Part shown: positions 28,251 to 42,952 of the stretch, one piece after another | Numbering within the stretch: position 1 is the first letter of the stretch | Layout of the letters: each line of letters starts with the position of its first letter | DNA from: Octopus bimaculoides | Lineage: Eukaryota | Direction of reading: 5' to 3' | Assembly: GCF_001194135.2 (NCBI RefSeq) | Contig: NC_068989.1 | Location: forward strand, 94,252,659-94,316,539 | Length of the DNA: 63,881 nucleotides | Notes under the pieces: model-generated | Databases searched by the model: none | Told to the model about the DNA's origin: nothing | The model's input: only the letters and a program-made list of their open reading frames with translations | Position numbers and translations under genes: made by a program

Positions 28251-29477
28251 AAATATATTGTAAAATATGTACTTTTTCTTACAAATTCCATAACATGACT
28301 ATTTTAGAACAAAAACAGTATTTTTGAATGAAGTTCATTTGGAAAATATATTTACTCCATATTTTTGTCCGAATAAATAAGAGGAAATTTGATGTCAGAA
28401 ACATCAAAATTGATGTACTTGACATTCTATTTTTAATTATTTGTATGTCAAAATGACAAAGTAGATTAATATATGAGAAGTATATTTTCTTAGAAAAATA
28501 TACTTCTCATATAGAATGAAAACATAATGAGTTTATCTCTCAATTATTTCATTTTTTAAAATTCTGCTGTTAATGAATATTTTTTTCTATTCTTCCAATA
28601 CAAAACAGAGTAATACCCAAAAATAAAGAAGTTGAATTATAATAGACCCGTGAATTACCTCCCCCTATCTTAACTCGTTTGTTCCATTATACCGACATAT
28701 AAGATTCGATTTTTCACTCACGATTTGTTTCTGATGTATCAAAAGGAGAAATCTATTCAGGCATGAAAGAATATAATGAACGGAAGTATTCAATACATAA
28801 ATTATTTCAGTTTCAGCATCCCTGCATTCACGCCTTGCAGGTTTTGTTCCAGAATTTCACTTTCTGGGTTCAAAATCGCGCCGGTTTTACTTTGCATTTC
28901 ATCTTTCCAGAGGTCAGTGAAATAAAATAGTCGTTATGTAGTGGAGCTTTATGCCTGAATTCGAAACAATTTGTAAGTAAATATGCAAAACGTATATTGT
29001 TTTTCTCTGTTATTTTAACGTAGCATAATTTGAGTAAATAGATTATAATAGACCCCTTTTCAAAACCATACACAATGCCTTTTTTAAGACCACTTTCTAA
29101 AGTTTTCCCTAAAATATTACAAAAAATAACGTCCTGTGCATTTAGGTTTTCAAGTCTTCGGTGTTCTGATATTTAGATTTTCTGTGAATTTGGCCATTTT
29201 TCATTCGGCTTTCTTATGTTCTGTCGTAAGATAGACAGCTATTCAAAAACCATACGGTTTATCATAATGTTTATAATAGATTGTTTCATATAATTTTATT
29301 ATCAATTTCTGCAATTAGGAGTATGCTATCTGTGTACATTAAGTAGAGAGAACTTAGATTTCCATTCGATATCATTCTGCAATGAATCTGAAACATATGC
29401 TTCTTAAAATTTTTCTCGCGCTTATAAGATGTATATCAATGGCATAATAACTGATGCCAATTTTAGCCCAATGCTAG

Positions 29478-29670
29478 CAGTTTGGTGGGATGGGGAATAA
29501 TCGATTACGTCGAATCTCTTTTATCAACAGGTACTTATTTTATCGATCCCAAGATGATGTAAGATAAAATTCACCGAACTGGGATTTGAGCTCGGGAAAA
29601 GAGATGCAAGAGATGCCGCTACCTATTTTGTCCGAGGCGCTAACGATTCTGCAAGCTCACAGCTTTCAAT
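29478..29670 (-). mobile_element. SINE family 3 (tRNA head plus conserved central domain), decayed
   Basis: Aligns with 36181-36395, 53329-53544 and 62383-62581 (ggtacttattttatcga..., ctaacgattctg). Confidence 0.7.
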
Positions 29671-31807
29671 GGTGTTGTAATTAAAAGCAAATATTTTTGG
29701 CAAGTATCTAAAGCTGATCACTTTTCTATGCTACAGAAGAAAAGTCATCTGTCTTGAATTATCTTTGAATATAGATGTATGTTATATATGCAGTGTAGCT
29801 ACAATATCTACTAAAATATTTCATTACCGAAAATTATGCCAACAAAGGTGACTATAATTGTCACGAATAATTGCTAAAATTTCAATTTGCCGAGGAGCTG
29901 CAAATAACCTTGTTTTAATGGGGCGAATGAAAATTCTTTCCTCTGATATTTTACTCACATATTGAGAAATATCATTTACATAAATGATTGAACTTAATCG
30001 ATAATTCGATAATAAGATATAACTTTCCTGATTCAATTCCAGAATAGAATCGTCGTTACTAGTAGAATTATAATTCTCTGATTACTAAAGACTGAATCCG
30101 TTAACTTTACATAAATATGTCGCTGTTACTCAGCAATAATCAGTCTCGTCTACAAAGTATTCTATGGGGATTTATTTTATTTCATTATGTTTTAAGTGCT
30201 TTCCGAATTTCATTTGCCTGGCGATGTGTGTTCCGTATTTGAGAAATGTAATGATATGTAACTTGACAATAAAATATATAATGATACCCTGTTGAGACAA
30301 ATTACAAGTGACACTTATTTCCAAACATGATTAAGAACAATTTATAGCTAATGATAGTCAACAAATAATTATCCAAGTCTGTTACATTGTAAAAATAATA
30401 GTCTGCTGCACAAATAAATAGCGTTTATCATTTGGTATGATTTTACACATCGTGTAATGTCCTCAGTCGAGAATTACGATCATTGTTACTTTTTTTTTAT
30501 AATCATCATTATTCATAATTTAATATTCTTGCTCCTTAATTATAAGTAAATTAACATTAAATATCCACTGCCTTTGTTTTTTTTATGATATCTAGGCTGT
30601 TTCAGAAAGTAATTACCAGTGCAACGAACTTCAGTTAATGAAGCAAAATTAAGAACATAATTAAAACGGATAGCTTGCTAGTCTCTGTTTCATTTAGTTA
30701 AATCCGGTTTGCACTACAATATAGTTTAAACAGATTCGAAATACATCTTACTCATTTTGATACAAAGTTTTGCTGCACAGACTCAGATATACCTAAATAA
30801 ACTTTGATAATAAATAATGAGGTTCTGCAGTAGAGAAGTATTGATATTATCGTAACTTAAAGTTGGTCTATTTGTCTCCATGCGCTTATCAACAACTTAC
30901 ACTGCTCTAAGGGGAAGTCCCATGCGCCTCCCCTCACAACAAATGGCTTCTCCAATGAAAGTCAAGTTAACCAGTAAAGAAACAGGAAACAAAATTCAAG
31001 TCTAATGCAGCTAATGCATTTCTATTCGCCGGAAGTCATATACGGTGCTAGACAGCAACGAGGTCTACTAAAGAGAAATAGTAAAATGGAAACAGCGGTA
31101 AATTTATAAATAGTTATAGTAGACGAAGATGGTTCAAAGGTAAAGCAGAAACAAGGAAGAAGAGCAAGATGTAAAGTTTAGCAAACAAATCACTCGTTGA
31201 AGATCGTTACTAAAGATAATTGGATCATAAATATATCACAGAATACGTAGAAAGAAAAAATATACATCATGTGAAAAAAATTGAAACTGGACATAACGTT
31301 TCAGCTTGCACCTGTATGAAAAAAAAATTAAAGCATTAAGAAAAGCAAAAGGTATTTGCGGGATCCAATAATAACATTTAATTGTAAGCATATTACATAA
31401 ACGTAATTTTATAGATGAACAACAGAAAAGAAGAGAGAAGTACACTTTGGATGAGATTAAGTGTAAGAGGAGAAAACTCTACTTGTGAAAATAGCGGGGA
31501 ATCAAAATAGTAAAAGAATCTGGAATGACGGTATGAGAGAACGTGAAAGAAGAGAGAGAAAGAATTCGAGTGATAGAGTACATTTGAAGGTGCAGGATGT
31601 TACACAAGCACTCCTTTCTGAGTGAACAACCGCTTGTAGCAGAAACAGCTGTAAGCAAATAAAGGTGATTACATAATCATGTTCTTTCGACATTCACTAA
31701 TTTAATCAAGGCTCTGTTCTGTCAGACCGTTTTACTATAAATCAGAAGTATATTGAGCTCTAAGTACGGGTTAGTAATATCGATTTGCATAAACGAAATA
31801 ATAATAA

Positions 31808-31995
31808 CGGGGGCAGGGAACTAGTAGATCATTTTGACCCCGATGCTCAACTAGCATTTACTTGATCGATTCCCGAGAGGATCAAAGGCAAAACCTACCT
31901 CAATGGAATTGGAAATCAGAGCATAAAACCGAAAGAAATGCTGCGAAGCATTTTAGCCAGTGTGCTAAGAAATCTGTCAGCTCGCTGCCTTTATA
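31808..31995 (-). mobile_element. SINE family 3, decayed
   Basis: Same layout as the other family-3 copies (gaccccga..aaaggcaaa..gaattgga..gtgctaag..cagctcgctgcc). Confidence 0.7.
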
Positions 31996-31997
31996 AA

Positions 31998-32016
31998 CTA
32001 CAACTACTACTACTAC

Positions 32017-32073
<57 letters not shown>

Positions 32074-32081
32074 TAATAATG

Positions 32082-32179
<98 letters not shown>

Positions 32180-32232
32180 AAGAAGAAGAAGAAGAAGAAG
32201 AAGAAGAAGAAGAAGAAGAAGAAGAAGAAGAA
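31998..32232. repeat. Compound trinucleotide microsatellite (CTA)n(TAA)n(GAA)n
   Basis: Directly visible. Confidence 0.95.
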
Positions 32233-33449
32233 ACTTTGTATCTATAGCTGGTGTTATTAATTTACAACCGTTCATAGATGTGAATACACGCATATGTGTA
32301 CGTATTTATATATGTAGGTAGGTTGGGAAATAAAATCATTGGTAGGAAATTTTATAGTCACAATGGTCCACCATAGTAGAGGGAAAAAGAGTAGTGTAAC
32401 ATTTCTCACCAAGTTCAATGAAAATACGAGAGTAAGTTAAACTAATCAGAAACATGGCCTGAATTTTATGGCACGTAAGGTTTTTCTACGCCGTTAACTG
32501 CCATGATATAATAATGGCGTTGTGTGACAGAATTAGTACTGCATTGGAGAAAATGCGCTTTGCTGTATTTCGGCTACTTTCATAATGTATCGCTTTTGAG
32601 ATCGATAAATTAAGTACTAATCTTATAGTGGTTCGTTACAAGTGGCTCTACACTTCCATACATATGTTAGAAATCAATATTATTGTTTCAAAACAATTCA
32701 GCGGGTTCAATCCTGTTAGTGGGTGAATATATAACATTTCATATAAAGTTAAAACACTCACACACGCTTAGAATCATTTGCGTAACACTGCAGTATAAGC
32801 CATATATTGTTACAGCTTATTTCGTTCTGGAAATAAATTTGGACGTTACAATGATCTTTTACAAGACAAATTTATATCCCCCAAAACAAAATATCGCGGA
32901 TACTTATTCTAGCCAAGAGAATAAAAGAGTTTCATTTTATATTGAATTTTATTGCTAAAGGAATGAGTATTCCTATAGGTGTTATATTCTTGATAACAAA
33001 AAGATTTATTGTACAATTATAGAACAGATTTCTACATGGATAAAAAGGATTTTATAAATATACTCGCTACTAAACTTTTGAATGAAAGGAATTCCATAGG
33101 GTGACCTCATAACTTACATCTAAAGTGGCCAATAACTCTATTGCGTGCTTTTGAAAGATTTGTAAATTCCAATTGACAATAAAGGGCTATATCTAATACA
33201 GAAGCTATTGGATTATGTCAGTTAGTTGAGAGTGTTGAAATATCTTAATGGTAATGTTTTCTCGTAAAATATTACGTGAAATAAAGCAAAACAAACCGTG
33301 TTCTTAACAAACGTTTATTGATTGAGATTGAACTAACATATGAAATATATACAGCAAAAGCAAGAATCGCCAAAAGGAATATTGTGTAAGCTTTCAATGC
33401 TCTTGATATTAATGAGGCCACTAAAATTGCTAACAAATATTGTTGTCCA

Positions 33450-33481
<32 letters not shown>

Positions 33482-33759
33482 AAAATAATAACAACAACAG
33501 CAAGAATATTATTATTACTACAACTAATAATGGTCTTTCAAAAATTATCACAAGGTAAAATAGTTTAGGAGTACGAGAGGTATGTTACATCTAACCCATT
33601 GTTTGACTGGTAAACCTGACCGCTGAAAGGAATTGAAATCAAGGAAATGAGCCGAAATAAATGCAGCAAAATATTTCGTTTAATGCTGTAGCTACTCCAC
33701 CAAACAATAATTTTACAATAAAGTATTTATTCATTCTGCCAGATTCGAACGTGAATATC

Positions 33760-33915
33760 TGCTTAGTGTTGCTTTTCGCCATCGGACGATATCTCCTCTC
33801 TTTAGACAATACGTTTTCATAACGTACGCTAATCACCGATTCGACGAGACTGCAATTCGTAAGGGAGATTCGATCTCGTTGTGTATCTCCTCAGTTGAAG
33901 ATCGCCTACCGCACT
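33760..33915 (-). mobile_element. RTE-like RT remnant
   Basis: Minus strand reads IFN*GDTQRDRIS (GVxQGDxISP-like) followed by GDIV(L)MAKS (ADDIVLMAxS-like). Confidence 0.35.
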
Positions 33916-34789
33916 GATGAACTAACAATGGTACGAGTTCTTATGAATAGGGATCACCAAATTATTTCGTGACCGGTGCTGATGTCTAACAAACAAATAA
34001 CAATTCATGGGTTGCACACAGAACAGCAAGAATCCCAAAGATAGCGTTTCCATTCTTTCTTAATTCTGTCTGATTCAAACTTTGTAGTCTTCCATCAGCG
34101 TTGTTTTCTTTCCTCAACTGAGAACACATCATACGTTTAGATGATGTTTGCTTTATAAACATCAGGTGGTGCCCCAGCAAATGTTTATTCCTTGAGCTTA
34201 TCTCCCTTTCTTCTTCAGAGCCAGTTGGAATTGTGACGATGAGCTTGTTCAGTCTCTCTAAGTCTCTCTCGGTATACAAATATATTATACCACTTGCCAG
34301 TTTACCTGTCATTCATCCAATCCAGATCAAGCGGCTTCCTCTCCACTGACGTACTCTCTCTCTCTCTCTCTCTCTCTCTCATCTTTTCCTAAACCAAACA
34401 GAGTTGAACTCTGGCAGATTCAACATACCCAACACGTGACGTATATTATAACAACGCGCTTAAGACATTATTGTGGTTTTGTGGGGCAAGACAGAGCAAT
34501 CGGAAATCCTGTTAGAATCAGCGTAAGGTTTTTGAAGCAGACAAATTAAATGACGCGTTATATAATTAGTTCGTCTTTATAAAATGCCTTTGTCGACAGC
34601 ACTTTGGATTGGACCAACCAAGAGATACCAAAGTGAAACAGGGACATAGTGTGAAACAATTTGCTGCACCTTTAGAAGAGACCACGCAACAATCTATCTT
34701 CTGATTTGCTTCTTAGACATCTCAAGTTGTTTATATCAATGTACAAAACTGACAGTGAAAAAAAGATCTGATAGAAAAACGAAATAATA

Positions 34790-35552
34790 ATAATACTTCG
34801 TGAGAATGTGAGCTGTACCCAACAATGCTTTCTTCTGGATCACCTCGAGGCTGACAGCAGCTCCAATATTCTTGGTATGTTTTTCAAAGCCCTTGGAAAC
34901 TGTTCCTAATGCCCCAGTTATCACCGGTATCCCCATTAATTTCCTCATGCCCCATAATGTCCCTATCTCGTCCCGCAGTGGCTGGTATTTCTCACTCTTT
35001 TCTGTTTCTTTACATTTCACCCTCGAAACGCCTGGTATTGCAACATCTATGATGTTTACTTTCTTTTCATCTTTATACATGAGCACGAAATCTTATCGTC
35101 TCGCCTCTATGACTTGGTCGCACTGAGTGTTAAAATCCCAGAGTATTTTGTAATGTTCGTTTTCCATTACTCCCTCTTGCTTTTGTTCATACCATTGTTC
35201 GACTCTCTTGCGGTTTGCTTTACCGCATAACATCCAGTAGATTTATCTGACCACATTGTCGTGTCTCCTTTTGTATTCGCATTGTGCGAGCTTACAGCAC
35301 TCACTAACAATATGGCTTATAATTTCTCCCTTCTCAGAGCACATCCTACACTGTGGCGAGGCAGTGCTTTTATCAATGTGAAATTTGGAGTAGTTGTTCT
35401 GAGAGCTAGTTCTTGAGCGCTGTATGCTAATATATCAGTGGGCCCTTTTATGTCTCCTTTCTGTTGCCATTGCCAGGTTCTGTCCCAATAGATCACATCT
35501 TTATTCTCCAAGAACTGACTGTGCATTTTCTTGTCATGCAAAATTTTCTTCA

Positions 35553-35605
<53 letters not shown>

Positions 35606-35705
35606 TTTTCTTAAATTGTGTTGGATCTACGGCTTCGTCCAATTTTAAGGTTCCCTGCATCTTCACTACTTCAATCATTTCTTCTTTACTCCCCTTGACA
35701 CACCA
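34790..35705 (-). mobile_element. RLE-type (R4/Dong-like) LINE C-terminal fragment, family E, interrupted by (GA)n
   Basis: One frame gives a CCHC knuckle CRMC..SHIVSEC, KRRHD, ILWDF, RR*D (the PD site), IIDVAIP..KY and GALG..QKKALLGTAHIL, with two in-frame stops. Confidence 0.9.
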
Positions 35706-35709
35706 AGCC

Positions 35710-36146
35710 AGGTAGAGAAATTAAGGCCATTAGACCAGATATAGTTGTCAAAGATCATGAAGGAAAAAATGCTTTCTAATTGATGTATCAATACCAGCAG
35801 ATGACAACGTTTCCCTAAGATAAATGGAGAAACTTTCAAAATACAAAGACCTGGAAATAGAGGTAAATCGAATGTGGAATCTAAAAACAGAAACAATTCC
35901 TATCATAGTAGGTGCCTTAGGTATAATAAAAAATATTCAGACAAATACATAACAAAAACATCAGGACTTACAAATATATATAACATACAGAAAATTGCAC
36001 TACTGGGTACTGCACACATTCTACGCAAAACACTTTCAATACAGTAAACATAAGAGCATCACAACAAACCACAGCACATACCCAAGGCACAGAAAGCTGT
36101 GCTCGGTAGTGAAGTGAAAGCACGTTGTAAAAATAAAACTAATGAA
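35710..36146 (+). mobile_element. RLE-type LINE 3' end, family A
   Basis: RPDIVVKDH..LIDVSIP..KYKDLEIEVNRMW..IIVGALG..QKIALLGTAHILRKTLSIQ*, then a 3' UTR and (TAA)n. A second copy is at 42953-43392. Confidence 0.9.
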
Positions 36147-36180
36147 TAATAATAATAATAATAATAATAACAACAACAAC

Positions 36181-36395
36181 TGGTTTCATATTTTGCCACA
36201 AGGGCAGCAATTTGGGGGGAGGGGATGAGTCGATTACCACAGCCCCAGTGTTCAAATGGTACTTATTTTATGGACCAAGAAAGGATGAAAGGCAAAGTCG
36301 ACCTCGGCGGAATTTGGACGCAGAAAGCTAAGACAGACGAAATAACACTAAGCTATTCGCCCAGCATGCTAACGATTCTGCCAGCTAGCCGCATT
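36181..36395 (-). mobile_element. SINE family 3
   Basis: Minus strand has A box ggcagaatcgttagc, a B-box-like gcgtccaaattcc, and the domain gcctttcatcctttc..ataaaataagtacc. Confidence 0.8.
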
Positions 36396-36415
36396 CAATA
36401 ATGATAATGATAATA

Positions 36416-36756
36416 TTAAAGGAATTGAAAATTATTTAAGAATGATCCCTGGCTTACCAGCCATACAGGAAGTGCAAAAGATTGTCTTAACTGGTACGTC
36501 ACACGTATTGAGAAGAGCATTGTCACTGGGAATTTTCTTTCCGTTTCCCCCCTTTATTTTATTTTACCTTTTATTTCTATATTTTTTTCCTTTTCTATCT
36601 TTCTTACCCTTTTTCTCTACCACATGACTTTGTAAATGAAAAATCTAGTGTGTTTGTTTTAATGGTTTGCTAATGTATACAGTATGTTTCTCTATCCTAG
36701 GTGTCAGGAAGACACTCGGCAAGAAATGGAAACAACTGAAAAAAGATGCCATTGAA
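36416..36756 (+). mobile_element. RLE-type LINE 3' end, family C
   Basis: KGIENYLRMIPGLPAIQEVQKIVLTGTSHVLRRALS is homologous to the family A/B terminus but has a different T-rich 3' UTR. Degenerate (AAT)n on both flanks. Confidence 0.75.
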
Positions 36757-37153
36757 AATAATAATGATAGTAATAGGAGGGTTCGGGCATTAGCGTGGTA
36801 ACGATTCTGCCAGCTCCCTACCCGATGATGAAGATGATGATGATCATCGTTTTGACGATGATGTTGATGATGATGATGATGATGATGACAGAAGTATCTG
36901 TGTAAATATTTGAAAATGCCTGCTGCGTAGAATCTTGTTAAATCAGCAGAAGATTAGTCTTTTACATGACGTTATTTGCAGCGACATAGATCCGAAAAAA
37001 GTATGTTATTCACCTCCACCAACACTACGACCAGTTCCTTCATTGTAAAACGTATTTCAGTACCAATTGAGAAGGCAGTTATAATTATATTTCAATCTTT
37101 TACACTTTAACAATAATTTACGAGTTTGCTTATTCTACCTTTCTTTCCTTCCT

Positions 37154-37197
<44 letters not shown>

Positions 37198-37199
37198 TT

Positions 37200-37249
<50 letters not shown>

Positions 37250-37499
37250 TCAATATATATGTATGTATGTTCTTTTACAACTGTGAAAATTTATGCGATA
37301 CTATTAATACCTATTAATAACATAATTGCAATAATTCGTTTTCAAATGTCATTTGCGCCTGTGATTCCGCTATTCATTGCTTCATTTTCTTACATTGATT
37401 TATGTTTGAAATCGATATAGTATCATTTGTAGATTCGAGTGTTTGTAGGATAATTCATGCAAAATAATATGCGATTATTTTGTCGTAATGAAAGGGAAA

Positions 37500-37720
37500 T
37501 GGTCTAAATTTCTGATTAGTGATGTGTTCAACGCTAAATATCAGACAAAAACGTTATGTACCGAGTGTGTGCTCTGTGTGGAGAGTTTTGTACGAGTACA
37601 ATCAATGGTTTGAAGGACAGCATGCTTTCTGTTACATATTTACTTTCCTTTATGTTCTGGGCTCAAACCATTCAAAGATGACTTGCCTGGAATCGTTCGA
37701 TTCGTGATGGATTAAATTCA
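37500..37720 (+). mobile_element. Possible decayed DNA-transposase N-terminal Cys-rich region (Chapaev3-like?)
   Basis: YVPSVCSV..NQWFEG..F..NHS..C loosely fits a WxPHxxCxxC..QW..G..PM.W..NH..DCYFC pattern recalled from such transposases. Weak. Confidence 0.25.
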
Positions 37721-38487
37721 GTCAGGAAATACAGATGTTATAAGATAACATAAATCCCACCCCGATGTTTTTGTTATTCTTCTAAGAGTTAGTTATGTGC
37801 AATATATTATTCCTTATCACATAGTTTTATTGGGAAATAACGGTTTATTGTTCCTTCATATTAAAATGGTATTACATATATCGATTATTATGGTCACCAT
37901 AAGACATTGGAAGTCCAACTTCACTATGAGCCCTATAGCATTTGCCAAACATGACGGTTATACTGCCTATTGGCCTTAACGTCAAGTTTACAATTTAACC
38001 AAGTTTTAAAACTCAAGCTATACGCACGTTACGTCAGCCTTGAATCAATTGTAAGCATGATGTTGCACAATAAAGCCTCACAAAACAATCACAATGCAAA
38101 ACAATTACTATGCTTCAGATGATCATGCTGTATATCTATGGTCGTAAAACAAATCAATGAAGACATTTGAGCAACATCTGGATTTCATGGGATGTCAGAT
38201 AACCCACATGTATCTTGATACATATCAGTCAACAGCGACTCCATATCTGAGTGATGCATGATCCCACAAACCCTGGCTTCAAAATGACTTCCAATATTAT
38301 ATCAGCTACTGTTATTTAGTTATAACGTCTGTCAGTTTTGACCGAAACATACCTAAGTTTTAGTGATATAAAGTGCAAATGTGGTTTGGTTGTTGGCTAC
38401 GGCTTTTACATATGAATCAAAGAAACTAACAAAAATTGAATACCTTTAATTGTTTTAGAAGATGTAGCATGGCGAATCCTTAAATGA

Positions 38488-38519
<32 letters not shown>

Positions 38520-40627
38520 CGTACTGAAGTTAATATCCTCTATTGTTGTGCTTCACACATCCAACTTCATGTCAGTACATTATGCTAAATCAGGTGATAC
38601 ATTTCTGACAATACTTTTGACAGTTATAACCGACACAAAACGTGATTTATTGATAATAGGAATGCTGTATCGATTTTATAAAATAGCTTCGATATTTTTG
38701 AAATCTGATAATGTGATGAATACAACATAAAACATTATAACCAAACTATTAATTCCGGTTAACATTACTATTCAGTAAAACTATTTGAAATCGAAATGGC
38801 TCTGTCGCTTTAATATGCAATCATTGTTATATCGGAAAATTTGTAACATTCACCACTAATAATTTACTAATGCTTGTCTTCAAAAGACTTAGGAATCACA
38901 TCTGTCTTGGGTGAAGGCTATTGCCATTGTTTGTGTTGTAGTTTAATCCCATGAGAACTCTGTTAAAAAAATTCTGTTTAATAACATTTCGAAATATATC
39001 AGATCAAGGAGAGTAGAGAGGGTCACATTTTCAAAGATGGTAGGGATGTGATACCTATGTCTAGGACTACATTGACATTTCCATCTTTAATAGAATATAA
39101 GTGTATATAAGTGTATTTTTGCAGAAATTCGATGCTATTTGTAGCAGCTGATTTTATAACGCAGAGTTGGCTCGTTGCAATTGTTCTTCAAAATTACTTG
39201 GGAAATATAATCTCTACTTCCTTCACAGTTGTCACCCTTTAATAGGTGCTTACAAAGAAATGGATATATATATATATATGTATATATATACATACATACA
39301 TACATACATACATATACATATATATATATATANNNNNNNNNNNNNNNNNNNNNNNNNNNNNNNNNNNNNNNNNNNNNNNNNNNNNNNNNNNNNNNNNNNN
39401 NNNNNNNNNNNNNNNNNNNNNNNNNNNNNNNNNNNNNNNNNNNNNNNNNNNNNNNNNNNNNNNNNNNNNNNNNNNNNNNNNNNNNNNNNNNNNNNNNNNN
39501 NNNNNNNNNNNNNNNNNNNNNNNNNNNNNNNNNNNNNNNNNNNNNNNNNNNNNNNNNNNNNNNNNNNNNNNNNNNNNNNNNNNNNNNNNNNNNNNNNNNN
39601 NNNNNNNNNNNNNNNNNNNNNNNNNNNNNNNNNNNNNNNNNNNNNNNNNNNNNNNNNNNNNNNNNNNNNNNNNNNNNNNNNNNNNNNNNNNNNNNNNNNN
39701 NNNNNNNNNNNNNNNNNNNNNNNNNNNNNNNNNNNNNNNNNNNNNNNNNNNNNNNNNNNNNNNNNNNNNNNNNNNNNNNNNNNNNNNNNNNNNNNNNNNN
39801 NNNNNNNNNNNNNNNNNNNNNNNNNNNNNNNNNNNNNNNNNNNNNNNNNNNNNNNNNNNNNNNNNNNNNNNNNNNNNNNNNNNNNNNNNNNNNNNNNNTA
39901 TATATATATATATATATATTTATCTATTGTAGCAACTTTAATATTGTAACAATTTTACAGGTATAGTTCATTAGCTCTATTTACGAAATTATAAGTACAA
40001 TTCGTTTTCTAAAATATTTGACGAAAGCGCTTATACTTAAGTAATAGTTTTATTTTCTTATTATTTACACACCTTGGTACCCATAAAGAAAGTTTAACCC
40101 ACCAATTATTTTTCTAGTTTATTTGGTAGCTTATTCCTTTGCTCATCGACTTCGCGCTTTACACTGCAAATTGGTATGATTCTAATTTATTAAGCCTTCT
40201 TTACTCATCTCGAGACCCTGTTCTTTCCTCTTTCCTCTTCTCTTATTTTATGTATTTGTATTCACTCTGACGAAGCTCCATATATTAGATGCTATAAAGA
40301 TGACGAATATTATTCTCATAATTTTCTTTGGTGGCACCAACTGACATCGGCAGCAAAAACGGTTGCAAGCAATGTTCAAGTTTTGTATTAAAAAATATTT
40401 AACCGATGGTAGTCAATTTGTTTGTTAATCAAAAGTTTCCTCCATTTTCATCTCATTTTAAATTTGATTCCTGATAAAATTTATTTATTCTTTTATTAAT
40501 GTATCCTATGTCCATATCTATGCCCAGGGTTAACATAGTTTATTTACACCGGTAGTAATAACGGATATTCTTATCCCGTAGATTTACTCCAACTGCTAAG
40601 TCTACTTACCTATACATATGTGTGTAT

Positions 40628-40681
<54 letters not shown>

Positions 40682-42870
40682 GTATAGTAATGTTTATATG
40701 CCAACAGAATGTGGCAGTCCTATAAGGACGATGTTACTGTTGATTTAGCTCCAGGAAAATATTGTTTTCCAGCTGGTCATCGACAGTTTGTGTCGTAATA
40801 CGATAGAAAATGTTTCATGCGAATAAATTCATAATTATTCAGTCGTAGTTTCTACAGCACTAAAACGTTGACCAGCTTAAGTGAGAGAGAGAGAGAGGGG
40901 GAAAGAAGATTTGAACAGAGGAATGAAGATTTCAAATATCGATTTGCTCTCGGTCTGCCATGGTGCCCGAACTGTATTGGATCTACGTCTGAATAATTTC
41001 AAATTTATCTGCATGAATCCATTTGTGCCTAATTAACATCCTTCTGTATTTAAACAGATTATCCTTCACTGATTCATTGTTGAACACTCACTTCGTAAGA
41101 CCTTATTTACGTATCTATATACATATATGCATATGTTTGTATACATTCATATACGTTATATGTGTGTAAAAACGAAACACAAACATAGTCACATACACTT
41201 TATGTATGCGTATGTATATTCAATATTTTTATAGCATTCATACAATTTATCTTTCCGATATGCAAATCACTTTTATACTTGGCATCAAAACAAATTTCAT
41301 ATGACGCGAAAGATAAATTCTATGAATAAATTATGTAATGTTACATAGCATGGTGCACCAAACAATGATATTAACCACTAGTAACCAATATCCACACACA
41401 AATTATTCGAAGTTGATTCTTCATAATACCTTACTTCGTCATCATGTGTGCTGTTCTCTGCAATACTATGAAATACTGAACATTCAATTTTGTATTCAAT
41501 ATATGTAGAACACAGAATAGTAATGACAGCGCACATTCTATTAAATTATCTTTCTCTAGTTAGTAAATAGTGTGTTTGCTTTTGCACTTTGTACCGATTC
41601 ATATATATGTTCGATCTGTTGGAGAATCTGCCAGAATGTTCTATAACACTATTTTCGTTTCTCTGTAATTTGTTCAAATATCACCGAGGTGAAGTTTGTA
41701 TTAGTCTTACGGTGTTGATAAACCAGATCAGTGCTGACACAGAACATATTATTCTCCAACTTTTATTTCCTGGATGTTCCACTTTTTTTCAAGTCGAACT
41801 AATGCATGTTTCTATAGGCTACCGAATCTATGGATGCCAAAATATTATTAGCGAGAACAAGTTAAATGCTGCATGGTGCTCATTGTGACAGACAGCTATT
41901 GGCTAGTCCACCTATTCACGCATCTCTGTGTATGCGTGTTTACGTCTATATATCCTAAAATATCTGACAAGTATATATTAGACTGTTGAGAAAAATAGGC
42001 TGATAACATCTATGTAATTTAAACCAATTGTCTTCATTGGGCCCCGACGGCAAAGATAAGCATTAAAACAACATGTCTCATAAGATTTTTGTAAAGTTTT
42101 CTATTCAAATCTGTTCCTGTCAACGGAGTGTATTTTCCCTGTATTTTCTGAACTATTACTTAGCTATAGATTCAATTCCATTTGAATTTATTAAAACGTC
42201 ATATTTCCAAATTTGTCAATCATTCGAAATTAACCAAAACATTTAATCACTTCTCGATTTTATTTAAATTGAGCTTCTAATTAAAATGGTGGAATGTCGT
42301 GTCTCCTTGGTGTAGTAGTTTGTCACGGCTTTCGCTTCAATAAAATATGTACGGATCAATTTCTACGAATGATTGTCTACTCCATTTCCATCTAAACAAT
42401 ATAACTGCGCAATATATTATAAGCTATTACGCACTTATTTTTCCTGCAAGTATCTTATAAATTACTTTTAAATTACGCAATGCTTCGTGCAAAACCGCAG
42501 AACACGCACATCCGTTAATATACATTTATCTTTGTGAGTATATGTTTGCGCATATGCAATTTCTATGCGTATCACTTAGTGAATGCATGTATACACGCAT
42601 ACCGGCATATATAGAGGAAATTTTCCGAACCTTTTGGGAATATGGACGAAAAGCTGAAAGCATGTTCAAATTAGATTTCTTATTGGTTTGTCCTTCTAAT
42701 TTTATCTCAATACAAAATATGTAACGTATAACAAGTAAAATAAACATTTCCTTTAATCTTATATTCTTTTTATTGTAGCTGCCTAAAAAATTAATATACC
42801 GAATGCTCTAATAGCTTAGAACTTGTATTTATTTACATTTGACTGATATTTATCCTCATATTGTTTGTTC

Positions 42871-42920
42871 TTAACACAAACTTTTGGCTAATATACCCTC
42901 CAGCCTTCATCAGGTGTCTT
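42871..42920 (-). ncRNA. Minimal type I hammerhead ribozyme motif (this copy mutated at GAAAC)
   Basis: Minus strand: gacac CTGATGA a ggctg-gagggtatat-tagcc aaaag tt tgtgtt. The paralogue at 60825-60860 supplies cagcc GAAACGTT gtgtt. Confidence 0.65.
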
Positions 42921-42952
42921 GGGGGGAAATTTCGATGTCATTATTATTATTG

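Noticed and set aside
31029-31036. CCGGAAGT ETS-type motif as a promoter
   Set aside because: A single 8-mer with no CpG-rich context or downstream exon.
31938-32321. 127-aa ORF with poly-Ile and poly-Arg
   Set aside because: It is a SINE head read through (CTA)(TAA)(GAA) microsatellites.
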